Source: Octopus vulgaris | Taxonomy: Eukaryota | Assembly (NCBI GenBank): GCA_951406725.2 | Contig: OX597814.1 | Span: 72,044,001-72,108,000, forward strand | Length of the DNA stretch: 64,000 bases | Reading direction: 5' to 3' | Shown here: positions 37,896 to 51,985 of the stretch, in pieces | Position numbering within the stretch: position 1 is the first letter of the stretch | Layout of the letters: each line of letters opens with the position of its first letter | The notes under the pieces: model-generated | Database searches by the model: none | Seen by the model: the letters and a program-made list of their open reading frames with translations, nothing else | Told to the model about the DNA's origin: nothing | Made by a program: the position numbers and the translations under genes

Positions 37896-38834
37896 AAATC
37901 TCCACATTGGTGCATAGTATTGCTTTGATATGTACTACTGCTAGTCCTACAGTAAGTGATAGTAGAGATTCAGTAACTTCAATTATTAAAAACCTGAGTC
38001 ATCAATGGTGATAACCAAACTCAAATAAATTTTTCTTTCTCAAAAATATTGGAGCTTATTCCACATGGAGATAGAAGCCGTAAACATTCAGCACAATGGT
38101 TGGACAATGACGAGTCATCAAACACAGTCCAAAAAGCAAAATTCATCAAAAGAAGCTGGCACAGGTGTGATTCATTATGATTTCATTAAACCTGGCTCAT
38201 CAATCATAGCTGAAGTATACTGCAGCCAAATGGACAAAATTTTTTAATAAAATGAAACCTCTTCTGATTTCTTGTGTATTTAACAATTAAGTAAATGTCA
38301 AGAAAGATATTGTTCACTATTTTAAGACATATACAGTCAACATGTATCATGCATCATTTATGGGGTTGGGGTACATCTAATACTTAAAATGAATTCTTCT
38401 CATTCTATAAAATATCTGATCATTTAGTAATGCTTAATGAAGACATTTCATTTTCATTGTTTATTATTATTATTACTATTATTTAATATATTTTCATTGA
38501 TAGAGGTATTTATGATTTGCTAAATTGAAAACATAAAATAAAAATATACTTAGCATATTTTTCCCATTAAACTCTCAATTGTCTTTTTAGTTTGAGCTTG
38601 TTTTTTTTTTAAAGAATGGGACCAGCTCTGATTAGTTTTTAAAATTATTTTTGAAATCTTAAGCTGAGAGTTTATGTGGTGATTTAATATGAAATTTTCG
38701 ACAAAAGTTTTGTTTTTTATGTGAAGAATTGAAAATCCATTAAGATGAATATACATAGATACATACATATATGCACTCATGCACATACACACATATTCAT
38801 TTATGTAGGCTTTGTTCAGTACTAAATCACATTG

Positions 38835-39111
38835 GTGTCACATTAAAAGCATCCAGTACACTCTATATTGTTGTTGGACCGTGAAATCTGGCGTAGCATG
38901 GTAAATTCCATTGTCTCGACCATGGTCAAACAATGATGATGATGATTGTTGTTGGTGTTAGGAAAGGCATCCAGCCATAGAAGCCATGCCAGAACAGACA
39001 ATGGAGCATGGTGTGTGTGTATGTGTGTGTGTGTCCCCAGTCTTACCAGCTCCAGTCAAACTGTCCAGCCCATGCCAGCATGGAAAACGGACATTGAATG
39101 ATGATGATGAT
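38835..39111 (+). mobile_element. RTE 3'-end fragments
   Basis: GTTAGGAAAGGCATCCAGCC...GGACATTGAATGATGATG; similar short copies at ~49985-50160 (+) and 52356-52541 (-). Confidence 0.75.
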
Positions 39112-39310
39112 TGCACCAGTGTAGTGCTGAGGTTAACTTAATCAGTAAAACCCTTTCCACTAAAGTTTGTGACCCTCTATCATTATTAGAAATCAGTGTT
39201 AAAAACCATATATTCTACAGTTTTGGTTAGCACCTAATTTAAGTTAGAGGAACATAAACAAACCTGCACCAGTTGTCAAGAGGTTATGGGAAACAAACAC
39301 AGATACAAAG

Positions 39311-39345
<35 letters not shown>

Positions 39346-40006
39346 TATGTATATATATGATGGGCTTATTTCAGTTTCTATCTACCAAATCCACTCACAA
39401 GTGTATAGTCAGCCCAAAACTATAATAGAAGACACTTGCCCAGGGTGCCACACAGTGGGACTGAACTTGGAACCATGTGGTTGGGAAGTGAACTTCTTAC
39501 TATACACCTGCACCTACACAATCATCTCTCTTTCTCTCCCTTTCTTCCTTCCAGCCAATATACACTAACATTGTGCTGCAAGATGACTATAGATGAAGTT
39601 AACAATTATCTTCTCTAGTAATTTGTTATTATCTAGACATAAGGTCTACTTATGTTTGGAAATTAATTTAAAGACATCTTCATGTTTCCTTACTAAGCAA
39701 GATATTCATGTATATAAGTGATTGACATTCTCAATTTCATTTCATCTTTGGGTGTCATGTTTTGGCATTAATTGCCTGCTGCTTCTTAGACTCAGGTTTT
39801 TTGCCATTCATTTTTTTCTTTTCTCTTTCTGTCTTTTTTCACTCTACATTTTACTTATCATGCTGTTTCTATGATTGTCCTTCTTTCTGTCATTCATTTC
39901 CCCAACATGTACATTTTCATTTTTTTATATACATTTCTACCATCTGACAAAATTTATATTAATATATTTGTGAAATTCTTTTTACTTGATTTTTTTTCCT
40001 ATTCAG

Positions 40007-40064
40007 CATAGCTAACCAAAGTGTTTGGCAATTTATCAGTGGCACTGGCATTCTTAGACCAAAG
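40007..40064 (+). CDS. IQCH: exon of IQCH-like gene
   Basis: Strong tttttttcctattcag / AAG-gtaagg sites; only open frame is IANQSVWQFISGTGILRPK. Confidence 0.65.
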
Positions 40065-41458
40065 GTAAGGACTCACAATTTATTTAGTTCTTTTGAACAA
40101 TTGTAATATTTTTAGAAAAAAAAACCTTGATTTAGAAAAAAAGAAAAAGGAATTAAACTGCAGAAAGAGTACAGTGGGATCAGTTTCTATTTTTCATGAC
40201 TGTCATCATCATAATCATCATCATTCATATTTGTAATTAGTAATTAATATGATTTATCATTTAATGTGCCTGTATGAGCTTGTTAAGTAATTTGAGTCAA
40301 CAGTTTTTAGCTATTTTGTTAATTTTTCTCTTCAATGATGATTATTTCACAGCTAGGATTAGAATAAACCAAATTTTTTATTTGTTCCTTTCTTCAGTTA
40401 AAAATTTCAGTTGATATGATTGACATTTTATAGGAACTGTTTATTGTTTTTATTATTTAGAAAATGAAAGCTTTTGTATGCAATTACTTGATTTATTGAC
40501 AGCAAGGCAGTCTTATAGAAGTCCATAACTACTCACGCTGTTAATTTATTCCAGTGGAGTGATGTACCTAAAGTTTGTGGTCAGGAATCCTAATTCACTT
40601 TTTAGGTACCATTGACTACACAGTACTGAGCTCCCACATTTTTCTTATTGAGGCTTTTGCCTTAGTAAGATAATAGGATAATAGTGATCTAGTGATTTTC
40701 ATAAAAGGAAGAGGAAAGCATAGGAAAGAAAAATAACGACGTTGATGAAAAGTCATTTGCACTTTAGACGAGGGGTTATTCAACCTGCTCAAAATTGTTG
40801 CCAAATCTTCAAATTTGATGTTTACGTTTTAGTCAAGTGTGAAAGGCCCCATGATCCCTTACAAGGCCTCTGAGACAAGTTAAAGGAAAGAGGTTATCTT
40901 CAGACCAAAGGTCTGGCCTGAATAAGTGCTAGGTGGTAGTATTAAACTGAGTAATGAATTTAGCTTCCAACACAAGTAAGCTATGGTGAGATTGCAAATT
41001 AAATGCAAATACCACAAGGTATCCTGTCCAACACTCCAATTGGTACTTTATCAACAATGGTTGAGAAGAGAATATGATGGTCATGGCTTGAATGTTTTCA
41101 ATATTTCTTTTTTTGTTTTATAGTTCAAATTGGGCTGACAATTCCTCCTTGAGCTCTGCTTATCTTCACTCTACTTATTTCTGTTTTATATTTACTCTCT
41201 ATTCTTTTCATACATAAATGTTTTAACTTTAGGACCTTGTAATTCTTTTTTAAATTATTACTCTTATAGAGAAAGTGATTTAGTGTAACCTTCTTTTGAA
41301 ATATTGTAGTAAAATGGCTTTTAGTGATACTCCAATAACCACATGTGTCATGACATAATACTTATATTCTTCCAAGAGCTACAAGTACCATATATGGTAC
41401 TCTGGGGCAGATTTGATTCCTTTACTTGTCTCTCAGTCTTCAAGCATTTGATTAGTAT

Positions 41459-44400
41459 TGGTACACAGGTACAAGATTTTCTGGGCAGGGAACACTGACG
41501 GGATTGGGGGTGTGGGTATACTTCTCGCTGAAAAATGGGTAGATAAGGTAATAGAGGAAATCAGAGTAAGTGACAGAATACTTAAGATTAGATTAGTGCT
41601 TCATCATGGATTAGCAACCATTATATTAGCCTATGCCCCTCAGCCAGGGCTACCTGATGGACAGAAAGACCGATTCTATGACACCCTACTGCAGACTACC
41701 TCGTTGACGAACGACAGAGACCTTCTCTTTGTGGCTGGTGACTTCAATGGTCATGTTGGACGACATGCTGGGGGCTTCCATGGTGTACATGGAGGCTATG
41801 GTTATGGTTCCCGCAATGAGGAGGGAACCAGGCTTCTGGAGTTCTGCGATGCAAATGATCTTATGGTTTGCAACACTAACTTCAGGAAACCTACCAGCCA
41901 CCTAGTCACCTACCGATCGGGCCGACATACCACCCAAATTGACTACATCCTTGCCAGGAAAAGGGAAAGATGGCTACTTATAAATGCCAAAACCTTCCCA
42001 GGCGAAGAATGTACCCCACAACATAGACTGGTAGTTAGTGACTTTAGGATCAGGACAAAGAGGACGACCAGAAGATGACCAACATGGAGAAGAAGGATCT
42101 GGAAGCTTAAAGATCCTGCGAATGGACAGAGACTTAGGGACATATTATTTGAAGCCTTTGACAAAGTAAAAGGGGATATAGCTTCACATGGGATAGAAGA
42201 CAACTGGAGGTTTCTAAGGGACAACCTGCCTAGGGCCATCGACCAGCTTTCAGTAGAGAGGGGATGGTGCAAAGTCCCCTCTCGACCCAAAATAATGTGG
42301 TGGTGGAACAATGTTGTAGACAGGGCCATTAGAGAAAAGAGACAGGCTTGGAAGGACTGGAAGAATGGGGGTAGCAGGGAATTGTATCAGACTACCAAAA
42401 GAGAAGCTAGGAGACAAGTTTATTTAGCCAGAAGGGAAGCAGATAAGAAAAAATTTGCCAATGTTCTGCGCCGTGAGGACCAAAGACTTGAGGTATTCCA
42501 TGTTGCAAGACAGTGTGTGAGAGAGGATCGTGATGTGGTAGGAGAGAAATGTGTTCGCATGGATGATGGCTCACTTGCGCTGAAAGAGGATGCAAAGAGA
42601 GAGGTTTGGAGACACCTTTATGAGAGGCTGCTAAATAAGGAAAATGAATGGGATAAAGAGAGTCTGCCGAACGTTGACCCAACAGAGGGACCAGCTATCA
42701 GGGTTGATAGTTTCTTGGTAGCTAAGGCAATTAGAAGCATGAAGACAGGGAAAGCCCCAGACCCATCAGGAATTACTGCAGAGATGCTTAAAATATCTGG
42801 TAGTGTCGGCTATAGCCTAGTCACCCATATAGTTAATCAGGTGATACACGAAGGAGTCATACCCAATGACTGGTGTAGCAGCATAATAGTCAACTGCTAC
42901 AAAGGTAAAGGTGACGCTTTAGATACAAATAATTACAGAGGTATCAAGCTGTTGGATCAGGTAATGAAGGTTACGGAGAGGGTCATAGCCCAACTGATTC
43001 GGGAGAGAGTCAGCTTGGAAGAGATGCAGTTTGGTTTCGTGCCAGGGAAAAGCACCACTGATGCCATATTTCTGGTGAGACAGCTGCAGGAGAAATACCT
43101 AGCCAAAGATAAGCCCCTGTACCTGGCTTTCGTTGACATGGAGAAAGCCTTTACAGGGTCCCCCAATCCTTTATCTGGTGGTCAATGAGGAAACTAGAGA
43201 TAGATAAATGGTTAGTGAGAGATGTGCAAGCCATGTACAGAGACGCTGTAAGTAAGGTGAGGGTTGGCAACAAGTACACTAAAGAAATTCAGGGTAGAGG
43301 TTGGAGTCCACCAAGGTTCAGTCCTCAGCCCCCTTCTATTTATCATAGTCCTCCAGGCAATAACAGAGGAATTCAAGACAGGATACCCCTGCGAGCTCCT
43401 ATATGCTGATGACCTTGCTCTAATTGCTGAGTCACTATAAGAACTAGAAGCACAGTTTCAAGTGTGGAGACAAGGATTAGAATTGAAGGGCCTTAAAATC
43501 AACCTAGCTAAAACCAAAGTCCTAATATGTAGGAAGGTAGACAAGTCACAAACGCCTTCAGGTAGATGGCCCTGCTCGATCTGTAGAAAAGGCATAGGTA
43601 GAAACTCTATAAGATGCACCAAGTGTAAGCTATGGACACACAAGAAGTGCAGCAATGTCAAAGGAAGGCTAACTGGGAAGATAGTTTTTGTATGTAGCAG
43701 ATGTTCAGGAGCAATAAACACTGAAAATGCACAGAGACCAACTTCTGCCACATTCCATGGAGAAAAACTAGAAATAGTTGATAGCTTCCGTTATCTAGGT
43801 GACCAAGTCAGTAGCGGGGGCAGGTGTGCTGAAAGTGTAGCTGCTAGAATAAGGATAGATAGCCTGGGCAAAGTTCAGAGAGCTCTTACCTCTGCTGGTG
43901 ACTAAAGGCCTCTCGCTCAGAGTAAAAGGCAGACTGTATGCTGCATGTTTTTGGTAAGCTCACAAGAAATGAAGCCAGTATGCTCCGATGGATGTGTAAT
44001 GTCAGTGTTCATACTTGACAGAGTGTAAGTACCTTGAGAGAAAAGTTGGACCTAAGAAGCATCAGTTGTGGTGTGCAAGAGAGACGTTTGCGATGGTATG
44101 GTCATATAGCGAGAATGTATGAAGATAGTTGTGTGAAAAAGTGCCACACCCTAGCGGTTGAGGGAACCTGTGGAAGAGGTAGATCCAGGAAAACCTGGGT
44201 CAAGGTGGTGAAGCACGACCTTCGAACTTTAGGTCTCACCGAGGAAATGACCAGAGACCAAGACCTTTGGAAGTATGCTGTGCGTGGGAAAACCCGGCAG
44301 GACAAGTGAGACCATCACCTGTGGCCTCTACCTTGTACGTAGCCAGCCCACTTATGCATACCTTTCCTTCTTGTGACACAAACCCTACTTGTGAAGACCT

Positions 44401-44835
44401 GTTGAGGCAAGTGAAAATCGAAATCGATCAACATCAATGGAAATTGTAGCTGTGATACTAGTGCCGGTGGCACGTAAGAGAACCACCCAAACGTGGCCAT
44501 TGCCAGTACCGCCCCGACAGGCCTCTGTGCCGGTGGCACATAAAGAGCACCATTCGATTGTGGCTGTTGCCAGCCTCGTCTGGCCCACGTGCCAGCGGCA
44601 CATAAAAAGCACCATCTGATTGTGGCCATTTGCCAGCCTTGTTGGGCACCTGTGCAGGTGGCACGTAAAAAGCACCCACTACACTCACGGAGTGGTTGGC
44701 GTTAGGAAGGGCATCCAGCTGTAGAAACACTGCCAGATCAGACTGGGCCTGGCGCAGCCTTCTGGCTTCCCAGACCTCAGTTGAACCGTCCAACCCATGC
44801 TAGCATGGAAAATGGACATTAAACGATGATGATGA
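41459..44835 (+). mobile_element. near-full-length RTE LINE, inactivated
   Basis: APE (41458-42078), RT and PHD-like pieces with stops and frameshifts; modular 3' UTR; (GAT)n tail. Confidence 0.93.
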
Positions 44836-47599
44836 ATACTATACTTCACTGAGGACATTTTATTAAGACTGAAGCATGTCTGGAGTTGTCACCATACTTA
44901 TCAAAGATATGATACATTCTCCAGTCTACCTCTGAATGTTTAATTCCTTTGAATTTTGCAATTCTTTCGTTTGTTTCTCTGGAGAAGTAATCATTGGTAC
45001 AGACAGAATATTTGCACTCTAATTTAACCTACAAGATGGCTTAATAACTTTTAAGTTTATCTCAGTTCTTCTGATTTATAATGTGATGTGCATAAAAAGT
45101 TATTGTTTAATTGGTGACAGGCCATCTAGAGAAAAAATATACAAATTAGGCTAACAATCATGTTATTAGCCTAATTATCAACAGCTGATCCATGATTGGA
45201 AAAGGAAGCCTGGTACACATTTTCTGAGGAATAGTCACAAATGATGAAACAGTCCATCAGGAGACTTGCTCCTCTTTTTTTTCTACCTATAGGAGGAATG
45301 TGTTCATATTCTTGTGTAATCCACAGTGTCTTTATATCATTTAAATTCATTTCACATCTGATTTATGCTTGCTTGTACATAAGTAGATTTATATGTGTTT
45401 GTGGTTGTTGACATTCTGTGTCTTTGTATTTCACAGCTTTAGTAATAAGCAGTAATGTAATGTTTACATCCCCTTTAGCTCTGCACATGTGATGTCCAGT
45501 GGAATAAAAAGTAAAATTCCTGATTTGAAAAATAAGCGTAGGAGGCAACAGGAAGGGATTCTGATTGTAAAATTTTGCCTCAATAAGTTTCTTTCCAACC
45601 AATGCCAGCATGGAGGACTTGTATTATAAAATGAAGAAATTTTTTTTTTTATTATTATTATAGTAGAATTTCTATCATATAAACACACACACACACATAC
45701 AACTGTATATGTCTGTTTGAGATAGCCTCCAGTAAGAAACTTTTTGTACATAATGCTGAATTTTATTTACATACACTCACACATGAATACCTATTTATTC
45801 ATGTGTAAGTGTAGATAAAATTCTGAAATGCAGCATTATATGATTGTCTCAGTAAAACTGTAGAACTTTTTTTAAGTTTGGCATATGTCTCTACCTAGTT
45901 ATATTGTATTGTTTTTTAATTTTGGTGGAGTTGGAGACGGTTTTCTATTTTGTTGGAGATATTAGAAAAAAATATATAGCAAAGCTAACATATCAGGAAG
46001 AAATTTCTAATACATTTCAGCAAAGTTTTGGAGGGGGTTTATCTTTTTTTTTTTTATGCTTATTTCAGTCCAACTTGAAGTTTCTGTTGTAATACAATCA
46101 CATGCCTAATCTTTATTCTTGAATTTTCAACCTTATAAAATTCACTTTATGTCAGAGATATTTCTACAGTACAGCCGATATAAATCTTCCTAAGTTTTTC
46201 CTTCTCATTGTTACTTCTTGCCTTCTATTGATTTCAGTTCTTTTACATTTTACACATGATTTACCAATGCCCTTTGCATATGCTGCATACTCACACAAAT
46301 ACACTTGCATATACATGCAAGTAGGCTTGTAAATCTTTTTATATAACTAAATTATCAGATATGCAAATGCCATCTTCATTTGAAAAAACATCACAAATTT
46401 TTAAAATCTAAATTTATGAAACTTTTATTCACCAACAAAATATACTGAGTGATTTATAAAGTTAGCTATAAATTGTTTGCATTCATTACCCAGTATTTAA
46501 AAAAGCTGCTCCTGTGGTAGATAAATAAGATTGTACATATTACAAAATAATAATAATAATGATGATGGTTAAACTCAGATTAGCATGATGCTACAAATAA
46601 TCAAAGAAAGAATGAAGTTAATTAAACTAGCCTCATGACATTACTGGCACTCTCTTGATTCTTGATGTATGGGAGTTCGGCCTCGAGTGGTTATAAATAT
46701 AAAATAGATAGATGTAATAAACTGTAGGATTCATTCATGCAGCACTCTACCTTTTTTGCTGCACCAACCTAATAATTGTCATAAGGCATTGAGTTTTGGG
46801 TGGTGGGATTAAATGCTAATTATTATAATACTTGAACAGGTATTTCTTTATCATTCAGAAAGATAAAAAGCAAAGCCACCCTCAGCTGGATGTAAACTCA
46901 AGACATACAGGAATATAATTAGATATTACAAAGCTTTTTGTCCATTGTGGTACTAATTCTAGCACCAAAAACAAGTTGTAGGTGGATGAAAGACATAAAT
47001 GCTTCAGTAGGATACTCTTTGTGGTCATTAAAGTATTCCCATTGATAGAAAAAATTTGGAAAATTAATCTCTCAAATGAAATGCGTTCTGTCATTGAGAG
47101 ATTAACATTAAAAACCTAACAGTTATATGTACAAAACACATTTCCCAATATACTTGACTGATATTTCTTTTGATTGAAGCATCAGCTTGAGTCTATGAAG
47201 ATTAACAACTGTCATATGTGATTTGTGTTACATCTACATTATTGAGAGAAATCCACAAGTTTTGGTTTATATAATTCTGTCACACTGCACCTGTGTGTGT
47301 GTGTTATAAATGAGTGTCTTTTTTCTACACCTACAGCTAGATACTTTACAATACAACAGCTACCAAGTGGACGAGCATTTTTCAGCCTTTTGATGAACAA
47401 TCCAAATTTAATCCACTTCATCAAAAAATAAATTATGGTGCAGACACATATGCTTCCATAAAAGATCAAATGATAACTGATTATTGCAATTTGGATTATA
47501 TTGAATATACTTTAAGAACTTTTTTCATTGCTTCCTTTATGTGCTGTAGGAAGTTTCCAAATAAAGTAGACCTCTAAGGTTTTAAATCTTATCTTTCAG

Positions 47600-47748
47600 C
47601 TCCAGAGAGATGTATGGTTTATTCATTTGTTTTTATGGCACAGTAACTTGGGAATTTTTATTGAAAATTGTATTAGAAGTGTTTTTGATCTAATTCTTTG
47701 GAATATTGAATATTCAGGAATTGTTGCTGTATTGCTGTTGCAGCTGAG
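47600..47748 (+). CDS. IQCH: exon of IQCH-like gene
   Basis: tctttcag / GAG-gtagga; open in phase 0 as LQRDVWFIHLFLWHSNLGIF...GIVAVLLLQL; LWHSNL matches recalled IQCH LRHSNL. Confidence 0.65.
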
Positions 47749-47850
47749 GTAGGATTTATGTTTTAAAATTTTTATCAATTTTTAACTAAATTTTTGTTAG
47801 TTTTCTTTTCTTAACTACATATTTTCAAATTTCCAGAAATGTATGAATAG

Positions 47851-47890
47851 TGAATGTGCAATCAAAGCATTGGCTGGTGTGTGTAGGAAG
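47851..47890 (+). CDS. IQCH: exon of IQCH-like gene (acceptor uncertain; stronger AG at 47835-47836)
   Basis: AAG-gtaaat donor; (S)ECAIKALAGVCRK keeps the frame from the previous exon. Confidence 0.55.
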
Positions 47891-48616
47891 GTAAATTACA
47901 CTGCTATGGATATATATTACAATCAGATGACAGTGAAAATATACTTTTAACTAATAAACAGTAATAGACTTCTAAATATGTATATGAAAATGAAAATCCT
48001 ATTGCATCCTCTGAATGTATAAAACTCTTATTACAAAACTGAATTTGTTTTATGAATTCATTGAACTTTCATTTGTGTGCTGTATTGCACGTGTAATGTA
48101 AACATGCTTGAACAACAAAACCCAGGAAGACATGAGATGATGTGATGAAGGCTGATTTCACAGAGGAGGTGTCAAAGGACTGGATGACTTTTGAAATGCA
48201 GTTCTTGAGAAGAGCTGCCTAACTTGGAGAAACACAGATTCTGGAAGCACAGTGTGTGTGTATATATATATGCACAACTTCCTCCTCTCCTTCACTTAAG
48301 TTTCCTCCTCAAGACATTCCCATCACCAATCATCTCTCTAACTGCTCTATTCTGCTAGTGTAATTGAATGTGAGCAGAACTGTATGCTTTAGCTTTTCTC
48401 TGATACTACTTACCTCCACCTTTTGTAGTACTCCAGAACCATTTCACTGTTATCTATCTTTCATTGATAAAACTCCTCTCTCTGTCACTACACATCTCCC
48501 TATTCTCCACCTGCTATGTCTTACCCATGCTGTTACAACTTACCCAACCACGTCATTCTCTCTCTCTCTCCCAGCCTTTCTCTCTCTTCCAATCAAATGT
48601 ATTATCATTATCATCA

Positions 48617-48657
<41 letters not shown>

Positions 48658-49677
48658 GTTATTAAGGCAGTGAGCTGGCAGAATCGTTAGCATGCTGGAC
48701 GAAACGTTTAGCAGTATTTCGCCATCACTGCCAAAGTTGACTTCACCTTTCTTCCTTTTGGGGTTGATGAAATAAATAACAGTTGAGCACTGTGGTCAAT
48801 CTAATCGACTAAACCTCTCCCCTAAAAAATTGCTGGACTTGTACCAAAATCTGATAGAATTATTATTCAGTAGTTTTATTTTTATCACATGCTTTCACTG
48901 CATTACCAAGTGCAGCTCTGTATGCACTAGGTATGTGCTATGGTTTGTTATGGTGCTCTTATTTTCCTTGTATTGAAACTGCTTTAAGTAGGATGTGCAC
49001 GGTGCCTAGTAGTGCTATTTTCTGTATGTTGTATACATTTGTAAGTCCTGGTGTTTTGGTTATCTGGTAGACTCATTAGCACACCAGACAAAGTGTTTAG
49101 CATTTCTTCTGGCTTTACATTCTGAGTTCAAATGCCACCAAGTTCAGCTTTGCCTTTCATCATTTCATGATCAATAAAATAAGCACTAGTTGAACACTGA
49201 GGTTGATGTAATTGACTAGCCCCACCTCACCAAAATTTTAGATCTTGTGCCTATAACTGAAAGGACCATTATTTTTACTTTTCTGCACTGTCATTTGTCT
49301 TCTTTCCTTTACCTCCCCCAACTTGTTTCTCATTGGTTACCCTCAATTTCCCCTCAACCCTATCTAATTTATACAGTTGTTACTCACTGTTCCCTCTTCC
49401 TTACCCCTCCCTACTTACTATCTCTCAAAACTTGTTCATAATATTCACCTTCTCATCTGTTTTCTATCCCTAACCATCTCTCACTCTCCCATACCCCCTT
49501 GCAACATCTTCCCAGCCACACTTCCTGTTTTCTTGTTTCCACTCACTTCTAATCATCTCATATCTTGAGGGTCTACCCTGATGCATCATCACAACTATTT
49601 TCATCTCTTTCCAGTCCCATCCTGACAACTCTCACAGTCTCTCCTTTATTGTGAATAGTTGTTTTGATCCCCTACAG

Positions 49678-49934
49678 CTGTGGTTCTCAACCAAGGTCCA
49701 TATGACCCTTGGTCATCCACATGAGATTTTGTTGCTAAAATTTATGTACAATAAACTGATTATATTTCTACAATACACAAAATATTTTAACAATTTTTTT
49801 AATACAATTCCTATTATAATATTTAATTATAAAAGTATAATAGGATTTTTTAAACATTGAATGGCCATAAGGGTCCATCCAAATAAAATAGGAATTGAAA
49901 GGGTCCATAGGTTAAGATTGGTTGAGAACCAATG
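49678..49934. mobile_element. hAT-like MITE
   Basis: CTGTGGTTCTCAACC ... GGTTGAGAACCAATG TIRs; partial copy at ~5694-5818; no TSD seen. Confidence 0.7.
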
Positions 49935-51011
49935 TAAGGAATCTGTTCTGTTCTGGCCCCTTTCTCTCTCACTTTAGTCAACCTCACTTGTGCCAGTGCC
50001 ATGATAAAGCAGCCAGTAGTCTGTGTAAAATGGTAGGCATTCGGAAGTTCATCTAGTCATGGAAGCCATAATGAAGCAGATATTGGAGCACACCCATCGG
50101 ATACTGTCTTAACTGTGCAACCCATGCTAGCATGGAACATGGACATTAAATGATAATGACAAGGGGAAACTTGATGCCAGCATTTGACAGTAATCTTACA
50201 ATTGATTGCAGTAGGTTTGACAATTTCAATACAGAACGCAATTAACCAGAACAGATACTAAGATACTGCAAAGTGTCTCAACCAATATTCTTTAATTCCA
50301 CCAGTCCACACATGTGTGTATGTGTCACTGTTAAACATTTTTTTTCTTTCCCAATATGAAACTCCATGATGAATTCTTCTTGTATATCTACTGTGTGTAT
50401 TATTGTTTCAACTCACTGAGCTTTACTGTCTCCCTGTATGGAAAATCAGGTCACTGAGGCACCTCATAACTCATTTATTGCAATGTTATTCTAGAATTTT
50501 ACACTTTTCAAAAGCTAATTGCTTTTTTCTAAATCCTGTTGTAATAACTTAAAATAAATGGGGAAAACATCCAACACCTGGTGCCGGTTCAGTGAAAGTG
50601 CTATTATTTTTGAAAATATTAATATTATAAGCACATTTGTTTATCTTCCTTGTTTGATCTAGAATTAGTTATTTTTAGCATTAGGGTAATGCATTTACAT
50701 GCATGATTTCTTTCTAAACAGATCATGTATCTATTTAAGCCAATTAATGATTGATGACTGTTTTTACACTCATGGTATCTAAATAAAGCCAGTATCTGTT
50801 TAAGACACCTAATGATTGATGAGAGCAGTTTTATCCATGGGATCTGTGAGGTTTTTTTAATCATTGATTTATTAACCTCCTGTTTTTTCTTACATTGTTT
50901 TGAAAACAGTTTTTGGTTCTCAAAGCAATTTTAGTGTATGTGCATGTTTTTATGTTATAAAAACAATTTTACATTAATCTAATCTTTTGTCAAGTACAAG
51001 TTTATTGTTAA

Positions 51012-51099
51012 ACAAGAATATTGTTGGCCTTGTTAAGCCATCATCAGACAATGCCTTAAATGGCCAAAACTTCAAAGTCATTGTCAACAGTATTCTTGT
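51012..51099. mobile_element. 88-bp TTAA-flanked mini-MITE
   Basis: TTAA-ACAAGAATATTGTTGGC ... GTCAACAGTATTCTTGT-TTAA. Confidence 0.7.
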
Positions 51100-51116
51100 T
51101 TAAGTGTTTATGTATA

Positions 51117-51244
51117 TAGAGTGATTCAAAAGTCACCATACATAGGAAAAATTTTTTTTAATATAAGAAACAGTTAAATACAATAAAAACTTTCATATAA
51201 AAAAATAAATTGTTCTTATGTATGGTGACTTTGGAATCACCCTG
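51117..51244. mobile_element. Tc1/mariner MITE
   Basis: TA-flanked ~30-bp TIRs GTGATTCAAAAGTCACCATACATA / TATGTATGGTGACTTTGGAATCAC. Confidence 0.85.
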
Positions 51245-51763
51245 TATATATAAAGCTATGTATCTATTGTGCGATCATGAATTGTATGCAAGTTGACTTA
51301 TACTGTGAAATAAATCTGAAGAACAGTGTAATACAAACATTGGAGTTTAACCTAACTTTTACAAGTTTTTGTCTCCTTTTGTTGTGACTGCTATCTTATT
51401 ATTTAACCTTCACTCACAACCTTAGCAAGCTCTCAGAGGTTTTTGAAATTGATGATTTGTTGCTTCAACTTCTGATTGTCAATAGTTGTGTGGTCGATGT
51501 GAGCATGCTCTCATGATTTCAGTAGGTTGCAGTTCTATGGAAAACTGATTAAGAAAATTGTTGTGTGTGTGTATATGTTTTAATGCCTAAGAAGGGTGAG
51601 ATACTGCTCATCATGTTGGTTTCCTTGGAATTGTACAGAAGCAGAAAGCGGTATCATTTTTATGAAGTCTGGCCATTGTAATGTGAATGTTTACCAGTCA
51701 GAAGAACTACTGGTCTATAATTTTTATGAGTATGGTTGCTTATTCTCATTACTTGTGTGTTAA

Positions 51764-51985
51764 CCCTTTAGCATTCAAACCGGCCATATCCGGCCAAAAG
51801 TATTCTGCCTGTTTTATGTTCAAACTGGCCAGATCTGGTCTCTCACACCAGCCCTACAATATCGTTTTAAAAATTAACAGCTACCACATCAAAATCTCAA
51901 AGCTACAAGATAATGCATGATTAGTTCAAGGCAATGTGGATAAAAAAGGGATTAATTTTGGCAGAATAATGCGAACACTGAAGGG
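51764..51985. mobile_element. piggyBac-type MITE, family 1 copy 2
   Basis: TTAA-CCCTTTAG ... CTGAAGGG-TTAA; homologous to 67-288. Confidence 0.9.

Noticed and set aside
47341-47437. Extra exon ILYNTTATKWTSIF...INY
   Set aside because: Weak donor, and its phase-1 end would put a stop in the next exon unless that exon has a 1-nt indel; left unresolved
51012-51099. Minus-strand three-way fold with CUGAUGA resembling a type III hammerhead
   Set aside because: Lacks GAAA, the cleavage position would be G, and the TIR + TTAA structure explains the fold as a MITE
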